A stretch of 64,000 nt of DNA from Minisyncoccota bacterium. GTDB taxonomy: Bacteria > Patescibacteriota > Minisyncoccia > Phycocordibacterales > UBA9973. The position numbers and the translations under genes were made by a program. The number at the start of each line of letters is the position of its first letter. Position 1 is the stretch's first letter. The notes under the pieces were generated by a model. The model searched no databases, was not told where the DNA came from, and was given only the letters and a program-made list of their open reading frames with translations. Of this stretch, positions 47,764 through 57,864 are shown piece after piece. The stretch covers positions 177,649 to 241,648 of the forward strand of contig JBAZXO010000001.1 of the NCBI GenBank assembly GCA_041659785.1, read 5' to 3'.

Positions 47764-47804
47764 TCGCCAGAACGGCGATCCGCCGAAGAGGCGGAAAAAT
47801 AAAG

Positions 47805-48368
47805 ATGAAAAAAATATTGCAACAAAAAGAGAAGGTCCTACACCAAATAGCAGAAGAGGTGAATATTTCTGATATTAAGACTAAAAAAATACAGACTGTG
47901 ATAAAAGAGATGTCTGCATCTCTCAAAAGCCAAGATGATGGTGTAGCCATAGCCGCACCACAAATAGGATACAAGTTGCGAATTTTTGTTGTATCTGGGA
48001 AAATATTCGCGAAAGATTTTGCTAAAAGTAGAGAAGAACGATTATTAAATGAAAACAACATAATAAAATCAACTTATAAAAAAGAAATATTAAAAGATTT
48101 AATATTTATTAACCCTAAAATTTCCAAACTTTCTCGCGAAAAAGAATGGGTTCCAGAAGGTTGCCTTTCAGTAAGATGGCTCTATGGAAAAACCTTTAGA
48201 TCTAAAAAAGTAATAATCACTGCTTATGATGAAAATGGCAAGAAATTCCAACGAGGAGCATCTGGATTGCTTGCTCAAATTTTTCAACATGAGACTGACC
48301 ACTTAAACGGCATACTCTTCATCGACCATGCCAAAGACATAAAAGAAGAGCTTCCTGAAAGGAAATAA
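47805..48368 (+). CDS. def: peptide deformylase
   Basis: GVAIAAPQIG, EGCLS, QHETDHLNG. Confidence 0.97.
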   Translation: MKKILQQKEKVLHQIAEEVNISDIKTKKIQTVIKEMSASLKSQDDGVAIAAPQIGYKLRIFVVSGKIFAKDFAKSREERLLNENNIIKSTYKKEILKDLIFINPKISKLSREKEWVPEGCLSVRWLYGKTFRSKKVIITAYDENGKKFQRGASGLLAQIFQHETDHLNGILFIDHAKDIKEELPERK

Positions 48369-48369
48369 T

Positions 48370-49287
48370 ATGAATACACAAAATAATAAATTAAATTTTG
48401 TATTTTGGGGTACACCAGATGTAGCAAGAGAGACATTAGAGATATTAAAAGACTCTGGTTATGTACCGTCACTAATTGTAATCTCACCTGACAAGCCTCA
48501 AGGACGTAAAATGGTTATTACTCCCCCACCAGCAAAAGTTTGGGCTATAGAAAATAATATTCCATATGTTCAACCAGAAAAAAATACGGATCTTTTTTCT
48601 ATTTTTTCGAGCGAGGAATTCAGCTCGGCTGTACGTAGTGAGAAAAAATTGGAAAAAGTGAAGTATGATTTATTTATTGTTGTCGCTTATGGAAAAATAA
48701 TACCAGAAAATATATTAAATATACCTAGATTAGGCTCCATAAATATACATTATTCTCTACTTCCTAAATATCGTGGTGCTTCACCCGTAGAATCCGCTAT
48801 TTTAAACGGTGACACAGAAACAGGTGTTACTATACAAAAAATGGAATACCAGATGGATTCTGGCCCCATTCTCAGTGAGGAAAAAGTAGAAATACTTCCT
48901 AATGAAAAAGCTTCGGAATTACGAAAACGCTTAATAAAGCTCGGCGGAGAACTCTTGATAAAAACTCTGCCAGAATTTATCGCTCATAATATTACAGAAA
49001 TTAAACAGGATGAAAGTAAAGCAACTTTTTGTAAAAAAATAAAAAAAGAAGACGGTTTGATAGATTTAAAAGATGATGCTATGAAAAATTACAATAAATT
49101 TAGAGCTTACGCAGCTTGGCCTAGAACTTTCTTTTTTCAAAATGATAAAAGAATCATTATTACGGAAGCTATTCTAGAAGATAATCCCATCGATAAAACT
49201 CAGGGCAAGCAATTTATAATCAAAAAAGTATTACCCGAAGGTAAAAAAGAAATAAAATATGAAGATTTTATTAAAACTATTATTTAG
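48370..49287 (+). CDS. fmt: methionyl-tRNA formyltransferase
   Basis: FWGTP, VVAYG, NIHYSLLPKYRGASP, MDSGP. Confidence 0.95.
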   Translation: MNTQNNKLNFVFWGTPDVARETLEILKDSGYVPSLIVISPDKPQGRKMVITPPPAKVWAIENNIPYVQPEKNTDLFSIFSSEEFSSAVRSEKKLEKVKYDLFIVVAYGKIIPENILNIPRLGSINIHYSLLPKYRGASPVESAILNGDTETGVTIQKMEYQMDSGPILSEEKVEILPNEKASELRKRLIKLGGELLIKTLPEFIAHNITEIKQDESKATFCKKIKKEDGLIDLKDDAMKNYNKFRAYAAWPRTFFFQNDKRIIITEAILEDNPIDKTQGKQFIIKKVLPEGKKEIKYEDFIKTII

Positions 49288-49675
49288 AGGTAAAAGGATT
49301 TCTATCGGAAAGCCCTTTTAGCATTTTTTTGACGCTTGATGCACCACGCTTGAAGAGCGTTTGTTTTCGGTCTTTATTTTTACTTATATCGTTGAAAAGG
49401 GTTTCTTTCACTTGATCGATCGCACTATATAAATCTTCATGGTCACTTTCTCCATAAAAATTTCTGCCATCTAAGTTAATCTTACAGCTCGCATGGAAAA
49501 TCTCCCCTGCTTTGTGGTGATTTGTGGTTTTAACAACTTCAAAATTTGCATTTACTTCTCCTCCTCTTTTCTCAATTCCAGAAAGTAATTTGTCTAAATT
49601 AGTAACTCTTTTAAGAACGTAATCTTTAATAGCCTCTGTTAATTCCATACCCTTTCCTTGTAAATTTATTTGCAT
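49280..49675 (-). CDS. raiA: ribosome hibernation factor RaiA/HPF
   Basis: MQINLQGKGMELTEAIKDY, DLYSAID. Confidence 0.9.
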   Translation of the reverse strand: MQINLQGKGMELTEAIKDYVLKRVTNLDKLLSGIEKRGGEVNANFEVVKTTNHHKAGEIFHASCKINLDGRNFYGESDHEDLYSAIDQVKETLFNDISKNKDRKQTLFKRGASSVKKMLKGLSDRNPFTSK

Positions 49676-49687
49676 ATTTTTATTATA

Positions 49688-51619
49688 TCACTTTTTTATA
49701 TCACGAGTAAGGGCTCGGAGAAGTATGTCGAGCTCTATCGTAGCCACTCCGACGACAGTATCAGCCCCGCCATAATATATATAAAGTATCCCTTCTCTTT
49801 CAGTCATACCACATGGAAAAACAACATTATTTACTACTCCAACTTTTTCATATGGTTCCGCTGGTTCAAATATAGGATCAGAAAGACGAGCTAGCACTAT
49901 CGCCGGGTCATTTAAGTCAAGCAAGGCAGCTCCTAGACGATAAGTATGATGATTCTTCGAAATACCATGATAAAGAAGGAGCCATCCGTATTTCGTCTTT
50001 AAGGGCGGAGCAGAAATTCCAACTTTTTCACTATCCCACTTATTTATTCTTGGCCCCATAATCCGAATACATTTTCGGATAGTTTCTTTTGTAAAATCTA
50101 GAGATTTTAAATAATCTCCACAAATTTCACTGCCAACTCGATGCAAAATAAAATATTTTCCTTTTGTTTTCTCAGATAAAATACAAGTATCTTTATCGTC
50201 AAATCCTGCTGGAGTAATTAGAACTGGTTTTTCCCATTGCCATTTTTTTGTTAGAAAATTTTTCTCCGTGATAGATGTAACTGCAACTCGCGGTGGACCT
50301 ATGCCATCAAATGCTGTATAACACATATAAATATTCTTTCCTACTTTTGTTAAACGTGGGTCTTCGCAACCTGAATTCCCTCCAGCAATCTTTTTCAATT
50401 CAAAACTTTCTCTGGGAATATATACAGGAGAATCTAATCTTTCATTGATAAAAAAACCATCTTTAGAAGAGGCATAACCTATAGTGGAAGTATTATCTCC
50501 TGAAAGCGCTCGATATAGTATGTGTGTTGTATTTCGTATCCTTAAGGCTGCTGGGTTGAATGTCGCTTGTGCTTCCCATGGATGATTTTTATCTGGCACA
50601 ATAATGGGATTATTTAAAGAACGTAAGAAATGCCATCTCGTACTTGTCTCTGGGCGCATAGTAGAAACAAGGTCGGTTATGTTCACATGAGCGAGGCATG
50701 AAGTCGTATCAGCCGCTCCATAATAAATGGAAAGTACATCTTTTTCTAAAATTGCACCGGAAGGAAAAACGATATTGGGTACATGTCCTATAAGTTCATA
50801 TGGCTCATTGGGTACTAAAATAGGACCACGTGTATGCCCTAAAATCTTTAATGGATTATTGAAATCAAGAAGTACTGCTTCAATACCAAAAATACGGTCA
50901 TGGTCTCCCCCTCCCGCAAAATAATGTTGAATATGAGAATACAGTATAAGCCAACCATGGGTAGTCTTTACAGGTGGGGCTCCAACTTCAGTATGGTCAA
51001 AGGGTGACCTTTTAAAATCTACAACATGTTCATCAATATTTGCATACCATTTTTCCCAAAACTTTTGATTCCATAATTCTTCTATTTTATTTACTTGAGC
51101 TATCGCAATCTTGGAAGGAGGCATATCTGTATTTACTGTTACTATTACTGTAATCTTTCCATTAATACGTTCAGGAAAAAGCGTCATAGCTTTCGCGTTG
51201 AAAGGCGTCACCAAGTGTCGCTCATGAACCTTTTTCAAATCTTTTGAAACTGCTACAGCAACTTTTATCCCACTAGCCTCAAATGGATATTTAGAAAGCG
51301 CTGTATAAAATATATAGTACTCACCTTCAAAGAAAGTAATGCGAGGATCCTCACAGCCAAACTTTTCCCACTCTTCCTTCGGAGTAATAAACGGCATACG
51401 TTCTTCGAAATGCCTGCCGTCTTTTGATTTTCCTAAACCTATTATGGACATTTGGCTAGGTGTGATAAATTTATCTTCCGCTCCGATAGCACGATATACT
51501 CCATAAAGAGTCTTCCCTTTTTTCACAACACTCATATTGAAAGTCGCAAAAGACTCCCAATAGTTATCTCTATAGGGGTCAAGGACTGGGTTATGGTGGG
51601 ACCGTTTTGCTACATACAT
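49688..51619 (-). CDS. tandem double GH130-like glycoside phosphorylase/hydrolase
   Basis: Two repeats of NP/FN..., GCEDPR, P.KT..GWL.LY, N.VFP.G, YYG.AD. Confidence 0.85.
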   Translation of the reverse strand: MYVAKRSHHNPVLDPYRDNYWESFATFNMSVVKKGKTLYGVYRAIGAEDKFITPSQMSIIGLGKSKDGRHFEERMPFITPKEEWEKFGCEDPRITFFEGEYYIFYTALSKYPFEASGIKVAVAVSKDLKKVHERHLVTPFNAKAMTLFPERINGKITVIVTVNTDMPPSKIAIAQVNKIEELWNQKFWEKWYANIDEHVVDFKRSPFDHTEVGAPPVKTTHGWLILYSHIQHYFAGGGDHDRIFGIEAVLLDFNNPLKILGHTRGPILVPNEPYELIGHVPNIVFPSGAILEKDVLSIYYGAADTTSCLAHVNITDLVSTMRPETSTRWHFLRSLNNPIIVPDKNHPWEAQATFNPAALRIRNTTHILYRALSGDNTSTIGYASSKDGFFINERLDSPVYIPRESFELKKIAGGNSGCEDPRLTKVGKNIYMCYTAFDGIGPPRVAVTSITEKNFLTKKWQWEKPVLITPAGFDDKDTCILSEKTKGKYFILHRVGSEICGDYLKSLDFTKETIRKCIRIMGPRINKWDSEKVGISAPPLKTKYGWLLLYHGISKNHHTYRLGAALLDLNDPAIVLARLSDPIFEPAEPYEKVGVVNNVVFPCGMTEREGILYIYYGGADTVVGVATIELDILLRALTRDIKK

Positions 51620-51625
51620 AGATTA

Positions 51626-52837
51626 TTATTCAAATTTAAGTATTTTATTTTTTTCTAATTTTACTGATCCATTCTTCTTCATACTATCGATCAAATCATT
51701 AAGTGGTATAGAAGCTACTCCAATATATTTATCTCCACCACCATAATATACAAAAAGCTTATCTTTTATCATAATTGCACCACTCGCATATATTATCCCT
51801 GGCTTCCAATCATTTTCATACCATGCATCTGGTTCAAGGATGGGATGAGCTGCTCGATAAAGAACTTTTCTTGGGTCTTTCAAATCAAGCAAGAGTGCCC
51901 CTAATTTATAGCGGTTCCCATCGTCTTTATCCATAGCATGATACAACAAAAGCCAACCATCTTTAGTTTTAATTGGAGGAGCAGCAGCACTACGGGTACG
52001 CTTATGCCAAGCTACAACATGGTCAGGTAAAATTTGAGGATCTGGCGCTTCGCTTCCGACACCACTTCCCATAGGGGTTTCAGAATTATCGAGTTTATTT
52101 ACAAAAGCAACACCAACTTGTGATGGATCACCTTTATCTAAATTGTGGAAAATTGCAAATTTACCATTTATTTTCTCTGGAAATAAAACCCAATTTTTCT
52201 GCCTATCTCCAAGACGAGAAAGGTAAGAGAAATTTTTCCAAATCCATTTCTTGTTAAATAAATCTTCTTCCTTAATAGAAATCACTGCCACTCGCATAGA
52301 ATTCCAGCCACTAAAAACATTAAAAGTCATATGTACATTACCATCCATAAGTACAGTTCTAGGATCCTCACAACCACCCCATCCCCCACCCGAAGCATAA
52401 AGCATCGCATCATAGATAGGACGTGAAGGTGATGTAAAAGGCCAGTGTTCTTTTATTTCTTCAGCATTTTTTAAAAAATAAACTGGGTAAAAAAGTCTAT
52501 CATCAAAATTAATACCATCTTTACTAGAAGCATATCCAATACGAGAAATTCCATCATTTCCAAGTGCCCGATAAAAAAGATGTATTCGTCCGCCTGAAGA
52601 TACGACAGCTGGATTAAAGACAGCCTGAGATTCCCAAGCATAAGACGTTGGTTTAAAGATTGGGTTGTGTAAAGACTTAGAAAGTTTTAAAGTTTTTACT
52701 ATTTTCTTTACAACTTTTTTTCTTTTTACAGCTACTTTTTTACCTACTGTCTTTTTTTTAACAGTAATCTTTTTTAAAGTCTTTTTAGTTACTTTCTTTT
52801 TTAAAGTAACTTTCTTCTTTTTTTTAGATACGGCCAT
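51626..52837 (-). CDS. GH130-like glycosidase with Lys-rich N-terminal extension
   Basis: VFNPA, GCEDPR, KNWVLFPEKING, YYGGGD. Confidence 0.85.
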   Translation of the reverse strand: MAVSKKKKKVTLKKKVTKKTLKKITVKKKTVGKKVAVKRKKVVKKIVKTLKLSKSLHNPIFKPTSYAWESQAVFNPAVVSSGGRIHLFYRALGNDGISRIGYASSKDGINFDDRLFYPVYFLKNAEEIKEHWPFTSPSRPIYDAMLYASGGGWGGCEDPRTVLMDGNVHMTFNVFSGWNSMRVAVISIKEEDLFNKKWIWKNFSYLSRLGDRQKNWVLFPEKINGKFAIFHNLDKGDPSQVGVAFVNKLDNSETPMGSGVGSEAPDPQILPDHVVAWHKRTRSAAAPPIKTKDGWLLLYHAMDKDDGNRYKLGALLLDLKDPRKVLYRAAHPILEPDAWYENDWKPGIIYASGAIMIKDKLFVYYGGGDKYIGVASIPLNDLIDSMKKNGSVKLEKNKILKFE

Positions 52838-53165
52838 ATTTATCTTTTATTCTAACAATGTCTTCTTCGTCAAAATTTCCATAAGCTATCTCTAAAACTT
52901 GTACGTCATCATTTAGGGCTTCTAGTTGATGTGGTTGTAATTTTTCTATAGTAAACTCATCTCCAGGGTTTGCATTCTTTATATCTTCGCCTACTGTCAC
53001 AACAGGATGACCAGAAATAATTCTCCAAAATTCAGTTCGATGACCGTGGTCTTGTAAACTCAAAGAACCACCACGGTTAACAGAAAGAATTTTTACTGTA
53101 GTTATTTCATTATGGGTAAATTGATCAAATTGCCCCCATGGCTTTTTTACTGTAAGAGTTTTCAT
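52824..53165 (-). CDS. mannose-6-phosphate isomerase, cupin type II C-terminal domain
   Basis: KPWG, LSLQ.H..R.EFW, EDIVR..D.YGR. Confidence 0.85.
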   Translation of the reverse strand: MKTLTVKKPWGQFDQFTHNEITTVKILSVNRGGSLSLQDHGHRTEFWRIISGHPVVTVGEDIKNANPGDEFTIEKLQPHQLEALNDDVQVLEIAYGNFDEEDIVRIKDKYGRI

Positions 53166-53204
53166 ATAAAAATTGCTGTCCTAATTATACAACTAAACAA
53201 TTTT

Positions 53205-53972
53205 TTAGCCAATCCAATTCTTTATAATTGTTTCAGTTTCTTGTGGGTTTTTTACAGCGATTGTATCAAAACCAGCTTCGTATACAGAATAATCATTCCC
53301 CCCGGGGAAAAGGCCATCTCCAACAAAAAGTACATCAGATTTATCAAAACCTGCTTTTTTAAGATACCTTGCAAGCCCCACCGCTTTGTTAAACCCTTTT
53401 GGTAAAATATCAATACTTGAGGTGCCGTTAATTAAGAAAGTTAATTCTGGTAATTTAGGCTCGAGCATCGCTACTATCTTTTCTCTCTTTTTACGATTTG
53501 GATCAAAAGCGAGCTTTACAGCGATGGGTGCTTGTTGTCCATTGGGAGTAAAAGTAATTTGGGTATCGCGGTCTTCAATAATTTTTCCAAAAGGGTTTGG
53601 CGGTATTTCATATTGTGGGTCAGTGATAACTCCTTCTAATAATTCTATAGCGAGTTTTTTAGCTTCTACCGGCATTGGTTCTTTGTCAGTCATTTCCCAT
53701 CTATTGTCTTTTTCATTGTATTCATATCTCTGACTACCACTCGTTGGTAAGAGAGTAAAATTTTTTATAAAAGGCAACATAGATTTGTCATTTAAAAAAG
53801 GTGGTAAAAACTGCGTCTCGAGCTGATGAAAACTTCCACCAGCAATAGAAATAACCATCTTTTTTTGAATAAGTTTTTTTATCAAATTTGCCATGCTTTC
53901 TGTTATAAGAGTTTTACTGGCGGTAAGCGTCCCATCAACATCAAAAGCAATAATTTTTTTATCTGGTAACAT
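53205..53972 (-). CDS. HAD-IIB phosphomannomutase-like enzyme
   Basis: FDVDGTL, IEDR, SIDI.PKG..K, FVGD..FPGGND as in PMM family. Confidence 0.85.
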   Translation of the reverse strand: MLPDKKIIAFDVDGTLTASKTLITESMANLIKKLIQKKMVISIAGGSFHQLETQFLPPFLNDKSMLPFIKNFTLLPTSGSQRYEYNEKDNRWEMTDKEPMPVEAKKLAIELLEGVITDPQYEIPPNPFGKIIEDRDTQITFTPNGQQAPIAVKLAFDPNRKKREKIVAMLEPKLPELTFLINGTSSIDILPKGFNKAVGLARYLKKAGFDKSDVLFVGDGLFPGGNDYSVYEAGFDTIAVKNPQETETIIKNWIG

Positions 53973-54490
53973 TACATTTTTTTCTTTTTGGTAATTTTTA
54001 ATTTCTGGGCTTGTTTAACTAAATCAGAAGAACTACGAACCTTTCCGCCATGTCCAACATTAAAAACCATTTCAATTCCTAATTTTTTACACATTTCAAT
54101 ATCTTTATATAACGAAGACTCAGGATTGCTTGCATTTTTTTCATCACGATCTCCCCCGTTAGCAAACACATGCGGACGTAAAAATTCTATGTCTTTGCTA
54201 ATACTAAAATCTTTAGTATTTTTTTTATGACTACTTAAAAAAACTTGATCCACAGATTTGATTGCTTCAATAATTTCCTTGCGATCAAAGTCTGGCATAA
54301 AAGCATAACCTTTCTTTGAACGTAGCCAATGATCATTATTTATCACCACCACAAGTTCATCACCAAGTTTTTTAGCGTCATTAAAGAGCCTTACATGGCC
54401 AATGTGTACCGGGTCAAAACCGCCACTAACCATGACTATTTTCTTTCCTCTTTTTTTAGATAGAGATTTTTTTTTCATAACTATATCCAC
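53972..54490 (-). CDS. cytidylyltransferase-like (HIGH) nucleotidyltransferase
   Basis: SGGFDPVHIGH, ANGGDR, KVRSSS. Confidence 0.85.
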   Translation of the reverse strand: MDIVMKKKSLSKKRGKKIVMVSGGFDPVHIGHVRLFNDAKKLGDELVVVINNDHWLRSKKGYAFMPDFDRKEIIEAIKSVDQVFLSSHKKNTKDFSISKDIEFLRPHVFANGGDRDEKNASNPESSLYKDIEMCKKLGIEMVFNVGHGGKVRSSSDLVKQAQKLKITKKKKM

Positions 54491-57108
54491 TCATATTTTC
54501 TAATAAAATACATTTTCAGGAATTGAGTGATTAGGAAATACAATATTAGTCCTATAAATAATAACACGAAATAAAATGGCGGCAAAGGCAAGAATTGAAA
54601 GGCTTTGGCAAATGGAGAAAATGGTAGATAAATTCCAACTGAGATTACGGCGAGAGTGGAAACCAAGAGTGGCCAGCTTGCCCAACTCTGGAAGAATGGG
54701 ATTTTACTAGTTCTAATGATATGCACAATAAAAGTCTGAGTGAGGAGAGATTCTACGAACCAGCCGGTATGAAAGAGCGCAGGGTTGTTCCATGCATGGA
54801 ATATGTAAAGCATCACAAAAAACGTAGCATAATCAAACAACGAACTAATAGGCCCAAAAAATAAAATAAATCTCTTAATATTTTTAAAATCCCATTTTTT
54901 AGGCTTTGATAAATGATCTTCATCGACATTGTCTGTGGGGATAGTCATTTGAGAAAAATCGTAAAGCATATTGTTTGTGAGTATTTGTATCGGCAACATC
55001 GGCAAAAATGGTAAGAAAATACTTCCACCTACCACACTAAACATATTTCCGAAATTGGAGCTAGCCGCCATTTTTATATATTTAATTATGTTATCAAATA
55101 TTCTTCTACCTTCTATTATTCCGTCTTTTAGAACGAGTAAACTTTTCTCAAGTAGGATTAAGTCTGAGGATTCTTTCGCTATGTCTGCTGCGGTGTCTAC
55201 AGAAATACCCACGTCTGCTGCAATAAGGGAAAGAGAATCATTTATACCATCACCTAAAAATCCAACTACATGATTTTTGGAACGCAGGCTTTTTATTATT
55301 CTCTCTTTGTCATATGGAGATAATTTTGCAAATACAACAACTTCTTCTACCTCTTTTGATAATTCTTCATCACTTAATTTTTCAATATCACTACCGAGTA
55401 ATATCCTAGAGACCACAATACCGACGTCTTCACATATTTTTTTTGTCACAATTTCATTATCCCCTGTCAAAATCTTTACTCTTACTCCTATTTCTTCTAA
55501 ATCTTTAATGGTCTCTTTCACGCTTTGCTTAGGAGGATCGAAAAATGCTAAAAATCCAACAAATGTAAGTTCATTTTCATCTTTTGTATCAAAAACTTTT
55601 TTATTAATATCAGTTTCTTTATATGCTACAGCTACCACTCTAAAACCTTCTCTATTTAATTCTTTTTCTATAACTAATTTCTTCTCATCACTAAAATCTT
55701 TAAGAGAAAATACCTTGCCATTTACTAATGCATTTGTGCAAGAAATAATTATTTCTTCGACTGCTCCTGAACAAACTAAAAGTGATCTACTCTCACCCTC
55801 CTTTATAATTACAGACATCTTTCTCCTGTTGTAGTCAAAAGGTATTTCATCTATCTTTACATAATTTTTTATCCCAACTTTTTCTTTTGCTTCTTCGTGT
55901 TTTAAAATAGTCTGGTTGATTATATTACTCACCCCAGTCTGGAAATAACTATTTAAAAATGCATAATGCAAAGACTCAAGATTATCTTTACCATAAATAT
56001 CTAAATGTTTTTCTAAGATAATTCTTCCTTCTGTGAGTGTACCTGTTTTATCTGTACACAATATATTCATTACCCCTAAGTTTTCTATAGCATCTAGGTG
56101 TTTTACTATTACTTTATTTTTTGATAAAACTATAGCTCCTTTTGATAAATTTACAGCCACAATCGTCGGGATCATTTCAGGAGCTACTCCGACAGCCACA
56201 GCAATTGCAAACAAAAATGCTTCAAACCAATCCCCCTTAAAAAATCCGTTTAACAAGAAAACGGCTGGCACCATAATTGCCATAAATTTTAAAATTAGAA
56301 GAACAAATTGCCTTAATTCCTTATTGAAATCTGAAACATGATCATTTTTATTTATATCAGAAGCAATACTTCCTAAATAAGTATTTTTACCAGTTGAGAG
56401 AACTAAGGCTTCTGCTACACCAGACTCGACACTTGTACCCAAAAAACATAAATTGCAAAATTCTAATGCACCTTTTTCATCTAATGAAGAGTCGACTACA
56501 TGCTTCTCCACTGGCAGTGATTCTCCAGTAAGCATTGCCTGATTTATAAATAAATCTTTAGAAGATATCAGCCTCACATCACCAGGGATGATCGTACCTG
56601 AATATAAATAGATGACATCACCCGGAACAACATTCCTCAGAAGGATCTCTTGTTTAACATTATTTCTAATTACTGTTGTTTTAGTATGAATTATTGCTTT
56701 AAGTTTGTCGGCTGCGATGGATGCTTTCGTTTCTTGATAAAAATTTAAAATTATACTAAGAGACACCATTAAAATAATGACCCCGAATGATTTCATGTCA
56801 CCAACAAAAAAAGAAACAACGGCTAGCCCTAGGAGTAGTAAATTTAAGGGACTTTTTGCAATCTCAAATAATTTAAAAAAATGATTAGTTTTCTTTTCAT
56901 CAGCAATATCATTGGAACCATATATTTTTAATCTATTTTTTGCTTCTTTTTCACTCAATCCTTCTGCTCTTGATTTTAATTCGTTAAAAGCAAAATCTGG
57001 ATCCCCTTTTGCAAATTTGTATAACTTTTCAAAAAGATTCTTTTTTAAGGAATCAATCAGTTCACTGTCTTTTTTACTTTTTATAAAAATATGCTTTAAC
57101 CAATTCAT
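54481..57108 (-). CDS. mgtA: magnesium-translocating P-type ATPase
   Basis: LTGES, PEMIP, DKTGTLT, GDGIND, SSNFGNMFS, GWFVES. Confidence 0.93.
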   Translation of the reverse strand: MNWLKHIFIKSKKDSELIDSLKKNLFEKLYKFAKGDPDFAFNELKSRAEGLSEKEAKNRLKIYGSNDIADEKKTNHFFKLFEIAKSPLNLLLLGLAVVSFFVGDMKSFGVIILMVSLSIILNFYQETKASIAADKLKAIIHTKTTVIRNNVKQEILLRNVVPGDVIYLYSGTIIPGDVRLISSKDLFINQAMLTGESLPVEKHVVDSSLDEKGALEFCNLCFLGTSVESGVAEALVLSTGKNTYLGSIASDINKNDHVSDFNKELRQFVLLILKFMAIMVPAVFLLNGFFKGDWFEAFLFAIAVAVGVAPEMIPTIVAVNLSKGAIVLSKNKVIVKHLDAIENLGVMNILCTDKTGTLTEGRIILEKHLDIYGKDNLESLHYAFLNSYFQTGVSNIINQTILKHEEAKEKVGIKNYVKIDEIPFDYNRRKMSVIIKEGESRSLLVCSGAVEEIIISCTNALVNGKVFSLKDFSDEKKLVIEKELNREGFRVVAVAYKETDINKKVFDTKDENELTFVGFLAFFDPPKQSVKETIKDLEEIGVRVKILTGDNEIVTKKICEDVGIVVSRILLGSDIEKLSDEELSKEVEEVVVFAKLSPYDKERIIKSLRSKNHVVGFLGDGINDSLSLIAADVGISVDTAADIAKESSDLILLEKSLLVLKDGIIEGRRIFDNIIKYIKMAASSNFGNMFSVVGGSIFLPFLPMLPIQILTNNMLYDFSQMTIPTDNVDEDHLSKPKKWDFKNIKRFILFFGPISSLFDYATFFVMLYIFHAWNNPALFHTGWFVESLLTQTFIVHIIRTSKIPFFQSWASWPLLVSTLAVISVGIYLPFSPFAKAFQFLPLPPFYFVLLFIGLILYFLITQFLKMYFIRKYEWI

Positions 57109-57144
57109 ATTTTTATATTATAACAAATTTATCCAACAAAAATA

Positions 57145-57819
57145 TTAGTTTAAAAGAAATCTGAGTGTAGAAACTACCCGGATCTTCTTGTATTCAGGAG
57201 AACCTGGATCTTTATCTGTTATATCAAACACGCCTTGATTTCCGCGTGACACCCCACCCAAGTGAGATCCGGACTCTTTTGCGAATTGTGTTGCTGCATC
57301 TTTTGCGTTTTTAATAGCTTCAGCAAGCATCTCTGGTTTAACACTATTGATATCCGAAAATTCAAAAGCGATAGAATTTTGATTTAGGGTAACCCCTTCT
57401 TTTACCAACATCAAAGTATCCTTGGAGGCAGACCTAACTGCATCGACTTTCTTTGTATAGACAGACAATTGAGTGTTTGCATTGTATCTAAACAAAGAAT
57501 CTTTGTATGTATCCTGATAAATATTTACTGGAGCTACATTTATCTCTGACGTCTCAAATCCTTTTGCTAAAAGAAATTTATTTATTGCCGTAGTATTTTT
57601 TTCAATATCAGCATAAAGTGAATCAATATTGTTTGACTTAACATCAAAATTGATTGACCATATCGCCACATCAGCTTTGACTATTTTTTCTGATAGACCT
57701 TTCACCTCTACATAAGACTGTTGCTTAGAAAAATTCTGTGCCGCAGCAAAAGAAAGAAATGAAAAAACTAATAATACTGCTCCAATAATCCACATACTGC
57801 TATTTTTTATATTTTCCAT
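57145..57819 (-). CDS. SIMPL (DUF541) domain protein
   Basis: VEVKGLSEK.VKAD.A.W, KPEMLAEA..NA, KKIRVVST. Confidence 0.85.
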   Translation of the reverse strand: MENIKNSSMWIIGAVLLVFSFLSFAAAQNFSKQQSYVEVKGLSEKIVKADVAIWSINFDVKSNNIDSLYADIEKNTTAINKFLLAKGFETSEINVAPVNIYQDTYKDSLFRYNANTQLSVYTKKVDAVRSASKDTLMLVKEGVTLNQNSIAFEFSDINSVKPEMLAEAIKNAKDAATQFAKESGSHLGGVSRGNQGVFDITDKDPGSPEYKKIRVVSTLRFLLN

Positions 57820-57864
57820 AAATTTATTATAACACAAATACACTGACTAAATAAATTAATAAAA

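Noticed and set aside
37135-49690. Alternative genetic code (TGA=Gly, code 25)
   Set aside because: TGA terminates rpe and the GH130 fusion at sensible ends, and core genes are intact under code 11
536-57148. Many short ORFs antisense to or overlapping well-identified genes (for example 1348..1734, 4036..4563, 40860..41279, 55277..55834)
   Set aside because: Shadow ORFs of real genes with no recognisable motifs
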